Shown piece by piece: positions 41,501-55,834 of a DNA stretch of 64,000 bases; positions within the stretch are counted from its first letter, which is position 1; each line of letters opens with the position of its first letter. Source of the stretch: Eledone cirrhosa (taxonomy: Eukaryota); contig OZ024741.1 of the NCBI GenBank assembly GCA_964016885.1, positions 258,230,001 to 258,294,000 of the forward strand, read 5' to 3'. The position numbers and the translations under genes were made by a program. Below the pieces are notes generated by a model. The model saw only the letters and a list, made by a program, of their open reading frames with translations. It was not told the DNA's origin and did no database searches.

Positions 41501-44500
41501 GTGTTTCGGCTTACGAGTGTTTCGACATACGGGTGTTTCGACTTACGGTGTTTCGGCTTACGAGTGTTTAGATAGGAGTGTTCTGACTTACGAGTGTTCT
41601 GACTTACGAGTGTTCTGACTTACGAGTGTTCTGACTTACGAGTGTTCCGACTTTACGAGTGTTTCGGCTCACGAGTCTTTCGGCTTACGAGTGTTTCGAC
41701 TTACGAAAATAACAAATAGACGCGGTTTCAAATCTCTATGCTTTTCAAATTCGTTACATTAATCTTTATTTATACGTTTCGCTTTACGAGTGTTTCGACT
41801 TACGAGTGTTTCGACATACGAGTGTTTCGGCTTACGAGTGTTTTAATTTACGAGTGTTTTGAATTACGGGTGCTTCGACTTACGCGTGTTTCGACTTACG
41901 AGTGTTTCGACTTACGAGTGTTTCGACTTACGAGTGATTCGACTTACGAATGTTTTGACTTACGGGTGTTTCGGCTTGCGAGTGTTTCGACTTACGAGCG
42001 TTTCGGCTTATGAGTGTTTCGACTTACTAATGTTTTTACTTACGAGTGTTTCGGCGTACGAGTCTTTTGACTTACGAGTGTTTCGACTTACGAGTGTTTT
42101 GACTTACGAATGTTCTGACTTACGGGTGTTTCGGCTTACGAGTGATTCGACTTAGAAGTGTTTCGGTGGCTAGTGTTTCGACTTACGAGTGTTTTGACTT
42201 AAGGATGTTTCGACTTACGAGTGTTTCGACTTACGAGTGTTTCGACTTACGAGTGTTTCGGCTTACGAGTGTTTTGACTTAAGGGTGTTTCGACTTACGA
42301 GTGTTTCGATACGAGTGTTTCGACTTACGAGTGTTCTGACTTACGATTGTTCTGACTTACGAGCGTTCTGACTTACGAGTGTTCTGACTTACGAGTGTTT
42401 CGGCTTACGAGTGTTTCGGCTTACAAGTGTTTCGACTTACGAGTGTTTCGACTTACGAGTGTTCCGACTTACGGGTGTTTCGACTTACGAGTGTTTTGGC
42501 TTATAGTGTTTCGGCTTACGAGTGTTTCGAGTTAAGAGTGTTTTGACTTACGCGTGTTTTGACATACGAGTGTTCTGACTTACGAGTGTTCTGACTTACG
42601 AGCGTTCTGACTTACGAGTGTTCTGACTTACGAGTGTTCCGACTTTACGAGTGTTTCGGCTCACGAGTGTTTCGGCTTACGAGTGTTTCAACTTACGAAA
42701 ATAACAAATAGACGCGGTTTCAAATCTCTATGCTTTTCAAATTCAGTACATTAATCTTTATTTATACGTTTCGCTTTACGAGTGTTTCGACTTACGAGTG
42801 TTTCGACATACGAGTGTTTCGACTTACGAATGTTTTTGCTTACGGGTGTTTCGACTTACGAATGTTTTTGCTAACGAGTGTTTCGGTTTACGAGTGTTCC
42901 GACTTACGAGTGTTTCGGCTTACGAGTGTTTCCGGCTTACGAGTGTTTCGACTTACGAGTGTTTTGACTTACGGTGTTTCGGCTTACGAGTGATTAGACT
43001 TACGAGTGTTTTGACTTACGGGTGTTTTGACTTACGGGTGTTGTGAATTACGAGTGTTCCGATTTACGAGTGTTTTGACTTACGGTGTTTCGGCTTACAA
43101 GTGATTCGACTTACGAATGTTTTGACTTACGGGTGTTTCGGCTTGCGAGTGTTTCGACTTACGAGTGTTTCGGCTTATGAGTGTTTCGACTTACTAATGT
43201 TTTTACTTACGAGTGTTTCGGCGTACGAGTGTTTTGACTTACGAGTGTTTCGACTTACGAATGTTTTGACTTACGAATGTTTTGACATACGGGTGTTTCG
43301 GCTTACGAGTGTTTCGACTTACGAGTGTTTTGACTAAAGGGTCTTTCGACTTACGAGTGTTTTGACTTACGAGTGTTTCGACTTACGAGAGTTTCGGATT
43401 ACGAGTGTTTTGACTTGAGGGTTTTCGACTTACGAGTGTTTCGATACGAGTGTTTCGACTTACGAGTGTTCTGACTTACGAGTGTTCTGATTTACGGATG
43501 TTTCGACACACGAGTGTTTCGAATTACGTGTGTTTCGACTTACGAGTGTTTTGACTTACGGGTGTTTTGACATACGAGTGTTTCGATACGAGTGTTTCGA
43601 CTTACGAGTGTTCTGACTTACGAGTGTTCTGACTTACGAGTGTTCTTACTTACGAGTGTTCCGACTTACGAGTGTTTCGGCTTACGAGTGTTTCGACTTA
43701 CGACTGTTCCGACTTACAGGTGTTTCGACTTACGAGTGTTTTGGCTTACGGTGTTTCGGCTTACGAGTGTTTCGAGTTACGAGTGTTTTGACTTACGCGT
43801 GTTTTGACATACGAGTGTTTCGATACGAGTGTTCTGACTTACGAGTGTTCTGACTTACGAGTGTTCTGACTTACGAGTGTTCTGACTTACGAGTGTTTCG
43901 ACTTACGAGTGTTCTGACTTACGAGTGTTCTGACTTACGAATGTTCCGATTACGAGTGTTTCGACTTACGAGTGTTTAGACTTACGAGTGTTTCGACTTA
44001 CGAGTGTTTCGGCTTACGAGTGTTTTGACTTACGAGTGTTCTGTCTACGAGTGTTCTGACTTACGAGTGTTTCGGCTTATGAGTGTTTCGACTTACGAGT
44101 GTTTCGGCTTATGAGTGTTTCGACTTACGGGCGTTTCGACTTACGGGTGTTTCAACTTACGAGTGTTTTGACTTACGAGTGTTTCGGCTTATGAGTGTTT
44201 CGACTTACGGGCGTTTCGACTTACGGGTGTTTCAACTTACGAGTGTTTTGACTTACGAGTGTTCTGACTTACGAGTGTTCTGACTTACGAGTGTTTCGGC
44301 TTACGGGTGTTTCGACGTACGAGTATTTTTGGCTTACGAGTGTTTCGACTTACGAGTGTTTTGAATTACGATTGTTTCGGCTTACGAGTGTTTCGACTTA
44401 CGAGTATTTCGACTTACGAGTGTTTTGACTTATGGGTGTTTTGACATACGAGTGTTTCGATACGAATGCTCTGACTTACGAGTGTTCTGACTTACGAGTG

Positions 44501-47500
44501 TTCTGACTTACGAGTGTTCTGACTTACGGGTGTTCTGACTTACGTGTGTTCCGACTTACGAGTGTTTCGGCTATGGGTGTTTCGACTTACGAGTGTTTCG
44601 ACTTACGAATGTTTTGGCTTACGAATGTTTCGACTTACGAATGTTTTGGCTTACGAGTGTTTCGGCTTACGGGTGTTTCGACTTACGAGTGTTTCGACTT
44701 ACGAGTGTTTTGACTTACGGTGTTTCGGCTTACGAGTTATTCGACACACGAGTGTTTCGATTTACGGGTGTTTCGACTTACGGGTGTTTCGACTTACGAG
44801 CGTTTCGACTTATGAGTGTTTCGACTTACGAGTGTTCTGACTTACGAGTGTTCTGACTTACGAGTGTTCCGACTTACGAGTGTTTAGGTTTACGAGTGTT
44901 TCGACACACGAGTGTTTTGACTTACGGGTGTTTCGACTTACGGGTGTTTCGACTTACGAGTGTTTCGGCTTACGAGTGTTTCGACTTACTAATGTTTTTA
45001 CTTACGAGTGTTTCGGTGTAGGAGTGTTTCGACAGAAGGATGTTTCGATTTACGAGTGTTTCGACTTACGAGTGTTTCGGCTTACGTGAGTTTCGACTTA
45101 AGAGTGTTCTGATTTACGAGTGTTCTGACTTGCGGGTGTTCTGATTTACGAGTGTTCCGACTTACGAGTGTTTCGGCTTATGAGTGTTTCGACTTACGAG
45201 TGTTTCGGCTTACGAGTGTTTCGCCTTATGGGTGTTTCGACTTACGAGTGTTTTTACTTACGGTGTTTCGGCTACGAGTGTTTCGACATACGAGTGTTTT
45301 TACTTACGGGTGTTTCGACTTACGAGTGTTTTGACTTACGAATGTTTTGACTTACGGGTGTTTCGGCTTACGAGTGTTTCGACTTACGAGTGTTTCGGCT
45401 TACGAGTGTTTCGACTTAATAATGTTTTTACTTACGAGTGTTTCGGCGTACGAGTGTTTCGACTTACGAGTGTTTCGACTTACGGGTGTTTTGACTTACG
45501 GGTGTTTCGGCTTACGAGTGTTTTGACTTAAGGGTGTTTCGACTTACGAGTGTTTCGACTTACGAGTGTTTCGGCTTACGAGTGTTTCGGCTTACGAGTG
45601 TTTCGACTTACGAGTGTTTCGACTTACGAGTGTTTCGACTTACGAATGTTTCGACTTACGGTGTTTCGGCTTACGAGTGTTTCGACTTACGAGTGTTTTG
45701 ACTTACTGGTGTTTTGACATACGAGTGTTTCGATACGACTGTTTCGACTTACGAGTGTTCTGACTTACGAGTGTTCTAACTTACGAGTGTTCTGACTTAC
45801 GAGTGTTCTGACTTACGAGTGTTCCGACTTACGAGTGTTTCGGCTCACGAGTGTTTCGGCTTACGAGTGTTTCGACTTACGAAAATAACAAATAGACGCG
45901 GTTTCAAATCTCTATGCTTTTCAAATTCATTACATTAATCTTTATTTATACGTTTCGCTTTACGAGTGTTTCGACTTACGAGTGTTTCGACTTACGAGTG
46001 TTTCGGCTTACGAGTGTTTTGACTTACGAGTGTTTTGACTTACATGTGTTTCGACTTACGAGTGTTTCGACTTACGAGTGTTTCGACTTACGAGTGTTTC
46101 GACTACGGGTGTTTCGACTTACGAATGTTTTGACTTACGGATGTTTTGACTTACGGGTGTTTCGGCTTACGAGTGTTTCGACTTACGAGTGTTTCGACTT
46201 ACGAGTGTTTTGACTTACGAGTGTTTTGACTTACGGTGTTTCGGCTTACGAGTGTTTCGACTTACGAGTGTTTTGACTTACGGGTGTTTTGACATACGAG
46301 TGTTTCGATACGAGTGTTCTGACTTACGAGTGTTCTGACTTACGAGTGTTCTGACTTACGAGTGTTCTGACATACGTGTGTTCTGACTTACGAGTGTTCC
46401 GATTTACGAGTGTTTCGGCATATGAGTGTTTCGACTTACGAATGTTTTTGCTTACGGGTGTTTCGACTTACGAATGTTTTTGCTTACGAGTGTTTCGGCT
46501 TACGAGTGTTTCGACTTACGAAAATAACAAATAGACGCGGTTTCAAATCTCTGCTTTTCAAATTCATTACATTAATCTTTATTTACACGTTTCGCTTTAC
46601 GAGTGTTTCGACTTACGAGTGTTTCGACTTACGAGTGTTTCGACTTACGAGTGTTTCGACTTACGAGTGTTTCGACTTACGAGTGTTTCGACTTACGAGT
46701 GTTTCGACTTACGAGTGTTCTGAATAACGAGTGTTCTGATTACGAGTGTTTCGACTTACGAGTGTTCTGACTTACGAGTGTTCTGACTTACGAGTGTTCT
46801 GACTTACGAGTGTTCTGACATACGTGTGTTCTGACTTACGAGTGTTCCGATTTACGAGTGTTTCGGCATATGAGTGTTTCGACTTACGAATGTTTTTGCT
46901 TACGGGTGTTTCGACTTACGAATGTTTTTGCTTACGAGTGTTTCGGCTTACGAGTGTTTCGACTTACGAAAATAACAAATAGACGCGGTTTCAAATCTCT
47001 GCTTTTCAAATTCATTACATTAATCTTTATTTACACGTTTCGCTTTACGAGTGCTTCGACTTACGCGTGTTTCGACTTACGAGTGTTTCGACTTACGAGT
47101 GTTTCGACTTACGAGTGTTTCGGCTTACGAGTGTTTTGACTTACGAGTGTTTCGGCTGGCGAGTGTTTCGACTTACGAGTGTTTTGACTTAAGGGTGTTT
47201 CGACTTACGAGTGTTTCGACTTACGAGTGTTTCGACTTACGAGTGTTTCGGCTTACGAGTGTTTTGACTTAAGGGTGTTTCGACTTACGAGTGTTTCGAT
47301 ACGAGTGTTTCGACTTACGAGTGTTCTGACTTACGAGTGTTCCGACTTACGAGTGTCTCGGCTTACGAGTGTTTCGGCTTACGAGTGTTTCGACTTACGA
47401 GTGTTTCGACTTACGAGTGTTTTGGCTTACGGTGTTTCGACTTACGAGTGTTTCGGCTTACGAGTGTTTTGACTTAAGGGTGTTTCGACTTACGAGTGTT

Positions 47501-49296
47501 TCGATACGAGTGTTTCGACTTACGAGTGTTTCGGCTTACGAGTGTTTCGACTTACGAGTGTTTCGACTTACGAGTGTTCCGACTTACGGGTGTTTCGACT
47601 TACGAGTGTTTCGAGTTAAGAGTGTTTTGATTTACGCGTGTTTTGACATACGAGTGTTCTGACTTACGAGTGTTCTGACTTACGAGTGTTCTGACTTACG
47701 AGTGTTCTGACTTACGAGTGTTCTGACTTACGAGTGTTCCGACTTTACGAGTGTTTCGGCTCACGAGTGTTTCGGCTTACGAGTGTTTCGACTTACGAAA
47801 ATAACATATAGACGCGGTTTCAAATCTCTATGCTTTTCAAATTCATTACATTAATCTTTATTTATACGTTTCGCTTTACGAGTGTTTCGACTTACGAGTG
47901 TTTCGACATACGAGTGTTTCGACTTACGAATGTTTTTGCTTACGGGTGTTTCGACTTACGAATATTTCGGCTTACGAGTGTTTCGACTTACGAGTGTTCT
48001 GACTTACGAGTGTTCTGACTTATGAGTGTTCTGACTTACGAGTGTTCTGACTTACGAGTGTTCTGACTTACGAGTGTTTCGACTTACGAGTGTTTTGACT
48101 TACTGGTGTTTTGACATACGAGTGTTTCTATACGAGTGTTTCGACTTACAAGTGTTCTGACTTACGAGTGTTCTAACTTACGAGTGTTCTGACTTACGAG
48201 TGTTCTGACTTACGAGTGTTCCGACTTACGAGTGTTTCGGCTCACGTGTGTTTCGGCTTACGAGTGTTTCGGCTTACGAGTGTTTCGACTTACGAGTGTT
48301 TTGACTTACGGTGTTTCGGCTTACGAGTGTTTCGACTTACGAGTGTTTTGACTTACGAGTGTTCTGACTTACGAGTGTTCTGACTTACGAGTGTTCTGAC
48401 TTACGAGTGTTCTGACATACGTGTGTTCTGAGTTACGAGTGTTCCGATTACGAGTGTTTCGGCATATGAGTGTTTCGACTTACGGATGTTTTTGCTTACG
48501 GGTGTTTCGACTTACGAATGTTTTTGCTTACGAGTGTTTCGGCTTACGAGTGTTTCGACTTACGAAAATAACAAATAGACGCGGTTTCAAATCTCTATGC
48601 TTTTCAAATTCATTACATTAATCTTTATTTACACGTTTCGCTTTACGAGTGTTTCGACTTACGAGTGTTTCGACTTACGAGTGTTTCGACTTACGAGTGT
48701 TTCGACTTACGAGTGTTTCGACTTACGAGTGTTTTGACTTACGAGTGTTCTGACTTACGAGTGTTCTGACTTACGAGTGTTTCGACTTACGAGTGTTCTG
48801 ACTTACGAGTCTTCTGACTTACGAATGTTCCGACTTACGAGTGTTTCGACTTACGAGTGTTTCGACTTACGAGTGTTTCGACTTACGAGTGTTTCGGCTT
48901 ACGAGTGTTTTGACTTACGAGTGTTCTGACTACGAGTGTTCTGACTTACGAGTGTTTCGGCTTATGAGTGTTTCGACTTACGAGTGTTTCGGCTTATGAG
49001 TGTTTCGTCTTACGAGTGTTTCGGCTTACGAGTGTTTCGACTTACGAGTGTTTCGACTTACGAGTGTTTCGACTTACGGGTGTTTCGACTTACGAGTGTA
49101 TCGACTACGAGTGTTTCGACTTACGAGTGTTTCGGCTTACGAGTGTTTCGACATACGGGTGTTTCGACTTACGGTGTTTCGGCTTACGAGTGTTTAGATA
49201 CGAGTGTTCTGACTTACGAGTGTTCTGACTTACGAGTGTTCTGACTTACGAGTGTTCTGACTTACGAGTGTTCCGACTTTACGAGTGTTTCGGCTC
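32560..49296 (+). repeat. Near-identical tandem duplication, about 8.35-kb unit (32560-40903 and 40904-49296)
   Basis: Offsets 8344 (32596/40940, 33363/41707, 34355/42699), 8345 (37538/45883) and 8393 (39406/47799, 40173/48566). Shared private variants: TAGATAGGAG, GGTGGCTAG, TTCAGTAC, CTAAAGGGTCT, GGTGTAGGAG. Confidence 0.96.
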
Positions 49297-52200
49297 ACGA
49301 GTCTTTCGGCTTACGAGTGTTTCGACTTACGAAAATAACAAATAGACGCGGTTTCAAATCTCTATGCTTTTCAAATTCGTTACATTAATCTTTATTTATA
49401 CGTTTCGCTTTACGAGTGTTTCGACTTACGAGTGTTTCGACATACGAGTGTTTCGGCTTACGAGTGTTTTAATTTACGAGTGTTTTGAATTACGGGTGCT
49501 TCGACTTACGCGTGTTTCGACTTACGAGTGTTTCGACTTACAAGTGTTTCGACTTACGAGTGATTCGACTTACGAATGTTTTGACTTACGGGTGTTTCGG
49601 CTTGCGAGTGTTTCGACTTAGGAGTGTTTCGGTGGCGAGTGTTTCGACTTACGAGTGTTTTGACTTAAGGGTGTTTCGACTTACGAGTGTTTCGACTTAC
49701 GAGTGTTTCGACTTACGAGTGTTTCGGCTTACGAGTGTTTTGACTTAAGGGTGTTTCGACTTACGAGTGTTTCGATACGAGTGTTTCGACTTACGAGTGT
49801 TCTGACTTACGATTGTTCTGACTTACGAGTGTTCTGACTTACGAGTGTTTCGGCTTACGAGTGTTTCGGCTTACGAGTGTTTCGACTTACGAGTGTTTCG
49901 ACTTACGAGTGTTCCGACTTACGGGTGTTTCGACTTACGAGTGTTTTGGCTTATAGTGTTTCGGCTTACGAGTGTTTCGAGTTAAGAGTGTTTTGACTTA
50001 CGCGTGTTTTGACATACGAGTGTTCTGACTTACGAGTGTTCTGACTTACGAGTGTTCTGACTTACGAGTGTTCTGACTTACGAGTGTTCTGACATACGTG
50101 TGTTCTGAGTTACGAGTGTTCCGATTTACGAGTGTTTCGGCATATGAGTGTTTCGACTTACGGATGTTTTTGCTTACGGGTGTTTCGACTTACGAATGTT
50201 TTTGCTTACGAGTGTTTCGGCTTACGAAAATAACAAATAGACGCGGTTTCAAATCTCTATGCTTTTCAAATTCATTACATTAATCTTTATTTACACGTTT
50301 CGCTTTACGAGTGTTTCGACTTACGAGTGTTTCGACTTACGAGTGTTTCGACTTACGAGTGTTTTGACTTACGAGTGTTCTGACTTACGAGTGTTCTGAC
50401 TTACGAGTGTTTCGACTTACGAGTGTTCTGACTTACGAGTGTTCTGACTTACGAATGTTCCGACTTACGAGTGTTTCGACTTACGAGTGTTTCGACTTAC
50501 GAGTGTTTCGACTTAAGAGTGTTTCGAGTTAAGAGTGTTTTGACTTACGCATGTTTTGACATACGAGTGTTCTGACTTACGAGTGTTCTGACTTACGAGC
50601 GTTCTGACTTACGAGTGTTCTGACTTACGAGTGTTCCGACTTACGAGTGTCTCGGCTTACGAGTGTTTCGGCTTACGAGTGTTTCGACTTACGAGTGTTT
50701 CGACTTACGAGTGTTTTGGCTTACGGTGTTTCGACTTACGAGTGTTTCGGCTTACGAGTGTTTTGACTTAAGGGTGTTTCGACTTACGAGTGTTTCGATA
50801 CGAGTGTTTCGACTTACGAGTGTTTCGGCTTACGAGTGTTTCGACTTACGAGTGTTTCGACTTACGAGTGTTCCGACTTACGGGTGTTTCGACTTACGAG
50901 TGTTTCGAGTTAAGAGTGTTTTGACTTACGCGTGTTTTGACATACGAGTGTTCTGACTTACGAGTGTTCTGACTTACGAGTGTTCTGACTTACGAGTGTT
51001 CTGACTTACGAGTGTTCTGACTTACGAGTGTTCCGACTTTACGAGTGTTTCGGCTCACGAGTGTTTCGGCTTACGAGTGTTTCGACTTACGAAAATAACA
51101 TATAGACGCGGTTTCAAATCTCTATGCTTTTCAAATTCATTACATTAATCTTTATTTATACGTTTCGCTTTACGAGTGTTTCGACTTACGAGTGTTTCGA
51201 CATACGAGTGTTTCGACTTACGAATGTTTTTGCTTACGGGTGTTTCGACTTACGAATGTTTCGGCTTACGAGTGTTTCGACTTACGAGTGTTCTGACTTA
51301 CGAGTGTTCTGACTTATGAGTGTTCTGACTTACGAGTGTTCTGACTTACGAGTGTTCCGACTTACGAGTGTTTCGGCTTACGAGTGTTTCGGCTTACGAG
51401 TGTTTCGACTTACGAGTGTTCTGACTTACGAGTGTTCTGACTTATGAGTGTTCTGACTTACGAGTGTTCTGACTTACGAGTGTTTCGACTTACTGGTGTT
51501 TTGATATACGAGTGTTTCTATACGAGTGTTTCGACTTACGAGTGTTCTGACTTACGAGTGTTCTAACTTACGAGTGTTCTGACTTACGAGTGTTCTGACT
51601 TACGAGTGTTCCGACTTACGAGTGTTTCGGCTCACGTGTGTTTCGGCTTACGAGTGTTTCGGCTTACGAGTGTTTCGACTTACGAGTGTTTTGACTTACG
51701 GTGTTTCGGCTTACGAGTGTTTCGACTTACGAGTGTTTTGACTTACGAGTGTTCTGACTTACGAGTGTTCTGACTTACGAGTGTTCTGACTTACGAGTGT
51801 TCTGACATACGTGTGTTCTGAGTTACGAGTGTTCCGATTACGAGTGTTTCGGCATATGAGTGTTTCGACTTACGGATGTTTTTGCTTACGGGTGTTTCGA
51901 CTTACGAATGTTTTTGCTTACGAGTGTTTCGGCTTACGAGTGTTTCGACTTACGAAAATAACAAATAGACGCGGTTTCAAATCTCTATGCTTTTCAAATT
52001 CATTACATTAATCTTTATTTACACGTTTCGCTTTACGAGTGTTTCGACTTACGAGTGTTTCGACTTACGAGTGTTTCGACTTACGAGTGTTTCGACTTAC
52101 GAGTGTTTCGACTTAAGAGTGTTTTGACTTACGAGTGTTCTGACTTACGAGTGTTCTGACTTACGAGTGTTTCGACTTACGAGTGTTCTGACTTACGAGT

Positions 52201-53859
52201 GTTCTGACTTACGAATGTTCCGACTTACGAGTGTTTCGACTTACGAGTGTTTCGACTTAAGAGTGTTTCGACTTACGAGTGTTTCGGCTTACGAGTGTTT
52301 TGACTTACGAGTGTTCTGACTACGAGTGTTCTGACTTATGAGTGTTTCGGCTTATGAGTGTTTCGACTTACGAGTGTTTCGGCTTATGAGTGTTTCGTCT
52401 TACGAGTGTTTCGGCTTACGAGTGTTTCGACTTACGAGTGTTTCGACTTACGAGTGTTTCGACTTACGGGTGTTTCGACTTACGAGTGTTTCGACTTACG
52501 AGTGTTCTGACTTACGAGTGTTCTGACTTACGAGTGTTCTGACTTACGAGTGTTCCGACTTTACGAGTGTTTCGGCTCACGAGTCTTTCGGCTTACGAGT
52601 GTTTCGACTTACGAAAATAACAAATAGACGCGGTTTCAAATCTCTATGCTTTTCAAATTCGTTACATTAATCTTTATTTATACGTTTCGCTTTACGAGTG
52701 TTTCGACTTACGAGTGTTTCGACATACGAGTGTTTCGGCTTACGAGTGTTTTAATTTACGAGTGTTTTGAATTACGGGTGCTTCGACTTACGCGTGTTTC
52801 GACTTACGAGTGTTTCGACTTACGAGTGTTTCGACTTACGAGTGATTCGACTTACGAATGTTTTGACTTACGGGTGTTTCGGCTTGCGAGTGTTTCGACT
52901 TACGAGCGTTTCGGCTTATGAGTGTTTCGACTTACTAATGTTTTTACTTACGAGTGTTTCGGCGTACGAGTCTTTTGACTTACGAGTGTTTCGACTTACG
53001 AGTGTTTTGACTTACGAATGTTCTGACTTACGGGTGTTTCGGCTTACGAGTGTTTCGACTTAGGAGTGTTTCGGTGGCGAGTGTTTCGACTTACGAGTGT
53101 TTTGACTTAAGGGTGTTTCGACTTACGAGTGTTTCGACTTACGAGTGTTTCGACTTACGAGTGTTTCGGCTTACGAGTGTTTTGACTTAAGGGTGTTTCG
53201 ACTTACGAGTGTTTCGATACGAGTGTTTCAACTTACGAGTGTTCTGACTTACGATTGTTCTGACTTACGAGCGTTCTGACTTACGAGTGTTCTGACTTAC
53301 GAGTGTTTCGGCTTACGAGTGTTTCGGCTTACGAGTGTTTCGACTTACGAGTGTTTCGACTTATGAGTGTTCCGACTTACGGGTGTTTCGACTTACGAGT
53401 GTTTCGACTTACGAGTGTTTTGACTTACGAGTGTTTCGACTTACGAGTGTTTCGACTTACGAGTGTTTCGACTTACGAGTGTTTTGACTTACGAGTGTTC
53501 TGACTTACGAGTGTTTCGGCTTACGAGTGTTTCGGCTTACGAGTGTTTCGACTTACGAGTGTTTCGACTTACGAGTGTTTTGACTTACGAGTGTTCTGAC
53601 TTACGAGTGTTCTGACTTACGAGTGTTTCGACTTACGAGTGTTCTGACTTACGAGTGTTCTGACTTACGAATGTTCCGACTTACGAGTGTTTCGACTTAC
53701 GAGTGTTTCGACTTACGAGTGTTTCGACTTACGAGTGTTTCGACTTACGAGTGTTTCGACTTACGAGTGTTTTGACTTACGAGTGTTCTGACTTACGAGT
53801 GTTCTGACTTACGAGTGTTTCGACTTACGAGTGTTCTGACTTACGAGTGTTCTGACTTA

Positions 53860-55600
53860 CGAATGTTCCGACTTACGAGTGTTTCGACTTACGAGTGTTC
53901 TGACTTACGAGTGTTTCGGCTTACGAGTGTTTCGGCTTACGAGTGTTTCGACTTACGAGTGTTTCGACTTACGAGTGTTCCGACTTACGGGTGTTTCGAC
54001 TTACGAGTGTTTTGGCTTATAGTGTTTCGGCTTACGAGTGTTTCGAGTTAAGAGTGTTTTGACTTACGCGTGTTTTGACATACGAGTGTTCTGACTTACG
54101 AGTGTTCTGACTTACGAGTGTTCTGACTTACGAGTGTTCTGACTTACGAGTGTTCTGACATACGTGTGTTCTGAGTTACGAGTGTTCCGATTTACGAGTG
54201 TTTCGGCATATGAGTGTTTCGACTTACGGATGTTTTTGCTTACGGGTGTTTCGACTTACGAATGTTTTTGCTTACGAGTGTTTCGGCTTACGAGTGTTTC
54301 GACTTAAGGGTGTTTCGACTTACGAGTGTTTCGATACGAGTGTTTCGACTTACGAGTGTTTCGGCTTACGAGTGTTTCGACTTACGAGTGTTTCGACTTA
54401 CGAGTGTTCCGACTTACGGGTGTTTCGACTTACGAGTGTTTCGAGTTAAGAGTGTTTTGATTTACGCGTGTTTTGACATACGAATGTTCCGACTTACGAG
54501 TGTTTCGACTTACGAGTGTTCTGACTTACGAGTGTTTCGGCTTACGAGTGTTTCGGCTTACGAGTGTTTCGACTTACGAGTGTTTCGACTTACGAGTGTT
54601 CCGACTTACGGGTGTTTCGACTTACGAGTGTTTTGGCTTATAGTGTTTCGGCTTACGAGTGTTTCGAGTTAAGAGTGTTTTGACTTACGCGTGTTTTGAC
54701 ATACGAGTGTTCTGACTTACGAGTGTTCTGACTTACGAGTGTTCTGACTTACGAGTGTTCTGACTTACGAGTGTTCTGACATACGTGTGTTCTGAGTTAC
54801 GAGTGTTCCGATTTACGAGTGTTTCGGCATATGAGTGTTTCGACTTACGGATGTTTTTGCTTACGGGTGTTTCGACTTACGAATGTTTTTGCTTACGAGT
54901 GTTTCGGCTTACGAGTGTTTCGACTTAAGGGTGTTTCGACTTACGAGTGTTTCGATACGAGTGTTTCGACTTACGAGTGTTTCGGCTTACGAGTGTTTCG
55001 ACTTACGAGTGTTTCGACTTACGAGTGTTCCGACTTACGGGTGTTTCGACTTACGAGTGTTTCGAGTTAAGAGTGTTTTGATTTACGCGTGTTTTGACAT
55101 ACGAGTGTTCTGACTTACGAGTGTTCTGACTTACGAGTGTTCTGACTTACGAGTGTTCTGACTTACGAGTGTTCTGACTTACGAGTGTTCTGACATACGT
55201 GTGTTCTGAGTTACGAGTGTTCCGATTTACGAGTGTTTCGGCATATGAGTGTTTCGACTTACGGATGTTTTTGCTTACGGGTGTTTCGACTTACGAATGT
55301 TTTTGCTTACGAGTGTTTCGGCTTACGAGTGTTTCGACTTAAGGGTGTTTCGACTTACGAGTGTTTCGATACGAGTGTTTCGACTTACGAGTGTTTCGGC
55401 TTACGAGTGTTTCGACTTACGAGTGTTTCGACTTACGAGTGTTCCGACTTACGGGTGTTTCGACTTACGAGTGTTTCGAGTTAAGAGTGTTTTGATTTAC
55501 GCGTGTTTTGACATACGAGTGTTCTGACTTACGAGTGTTCTGACTTACGAGTGTTCTGACTTACGAGTGTTCTGACTTACGAGTGTTCTGACTTACGAGT
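53860..55600 (+). repeat. Linker-free nested duplications, 621-bp and 414-bp periods
   Basis: Identical ORF translations at 54198, 54819 and 55233; GGCATATGAG leader occurs three times with no linker following. Confidence 0.9.
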
Positions 55601-55834
55601 GTTCCGACTTTACGAGTGTTTCGGCTCACGAGTGTTTCGGCTTACGAGTGTTTCGACTTACGAAAATAACATATAGACGCGGTTTCAAATCTCTATGCTT
55701 TTCAAATTCATTACATTAATCTTTATTTATACGTTTCGCTTTACGAGTGTTTCGACTTACGAGTGTTTCGACATACGAGTGTTTCGACTTACGAATGTTT
55801 TTGCTTACGGGTGTTTCGACTTACGAATGTTTCG

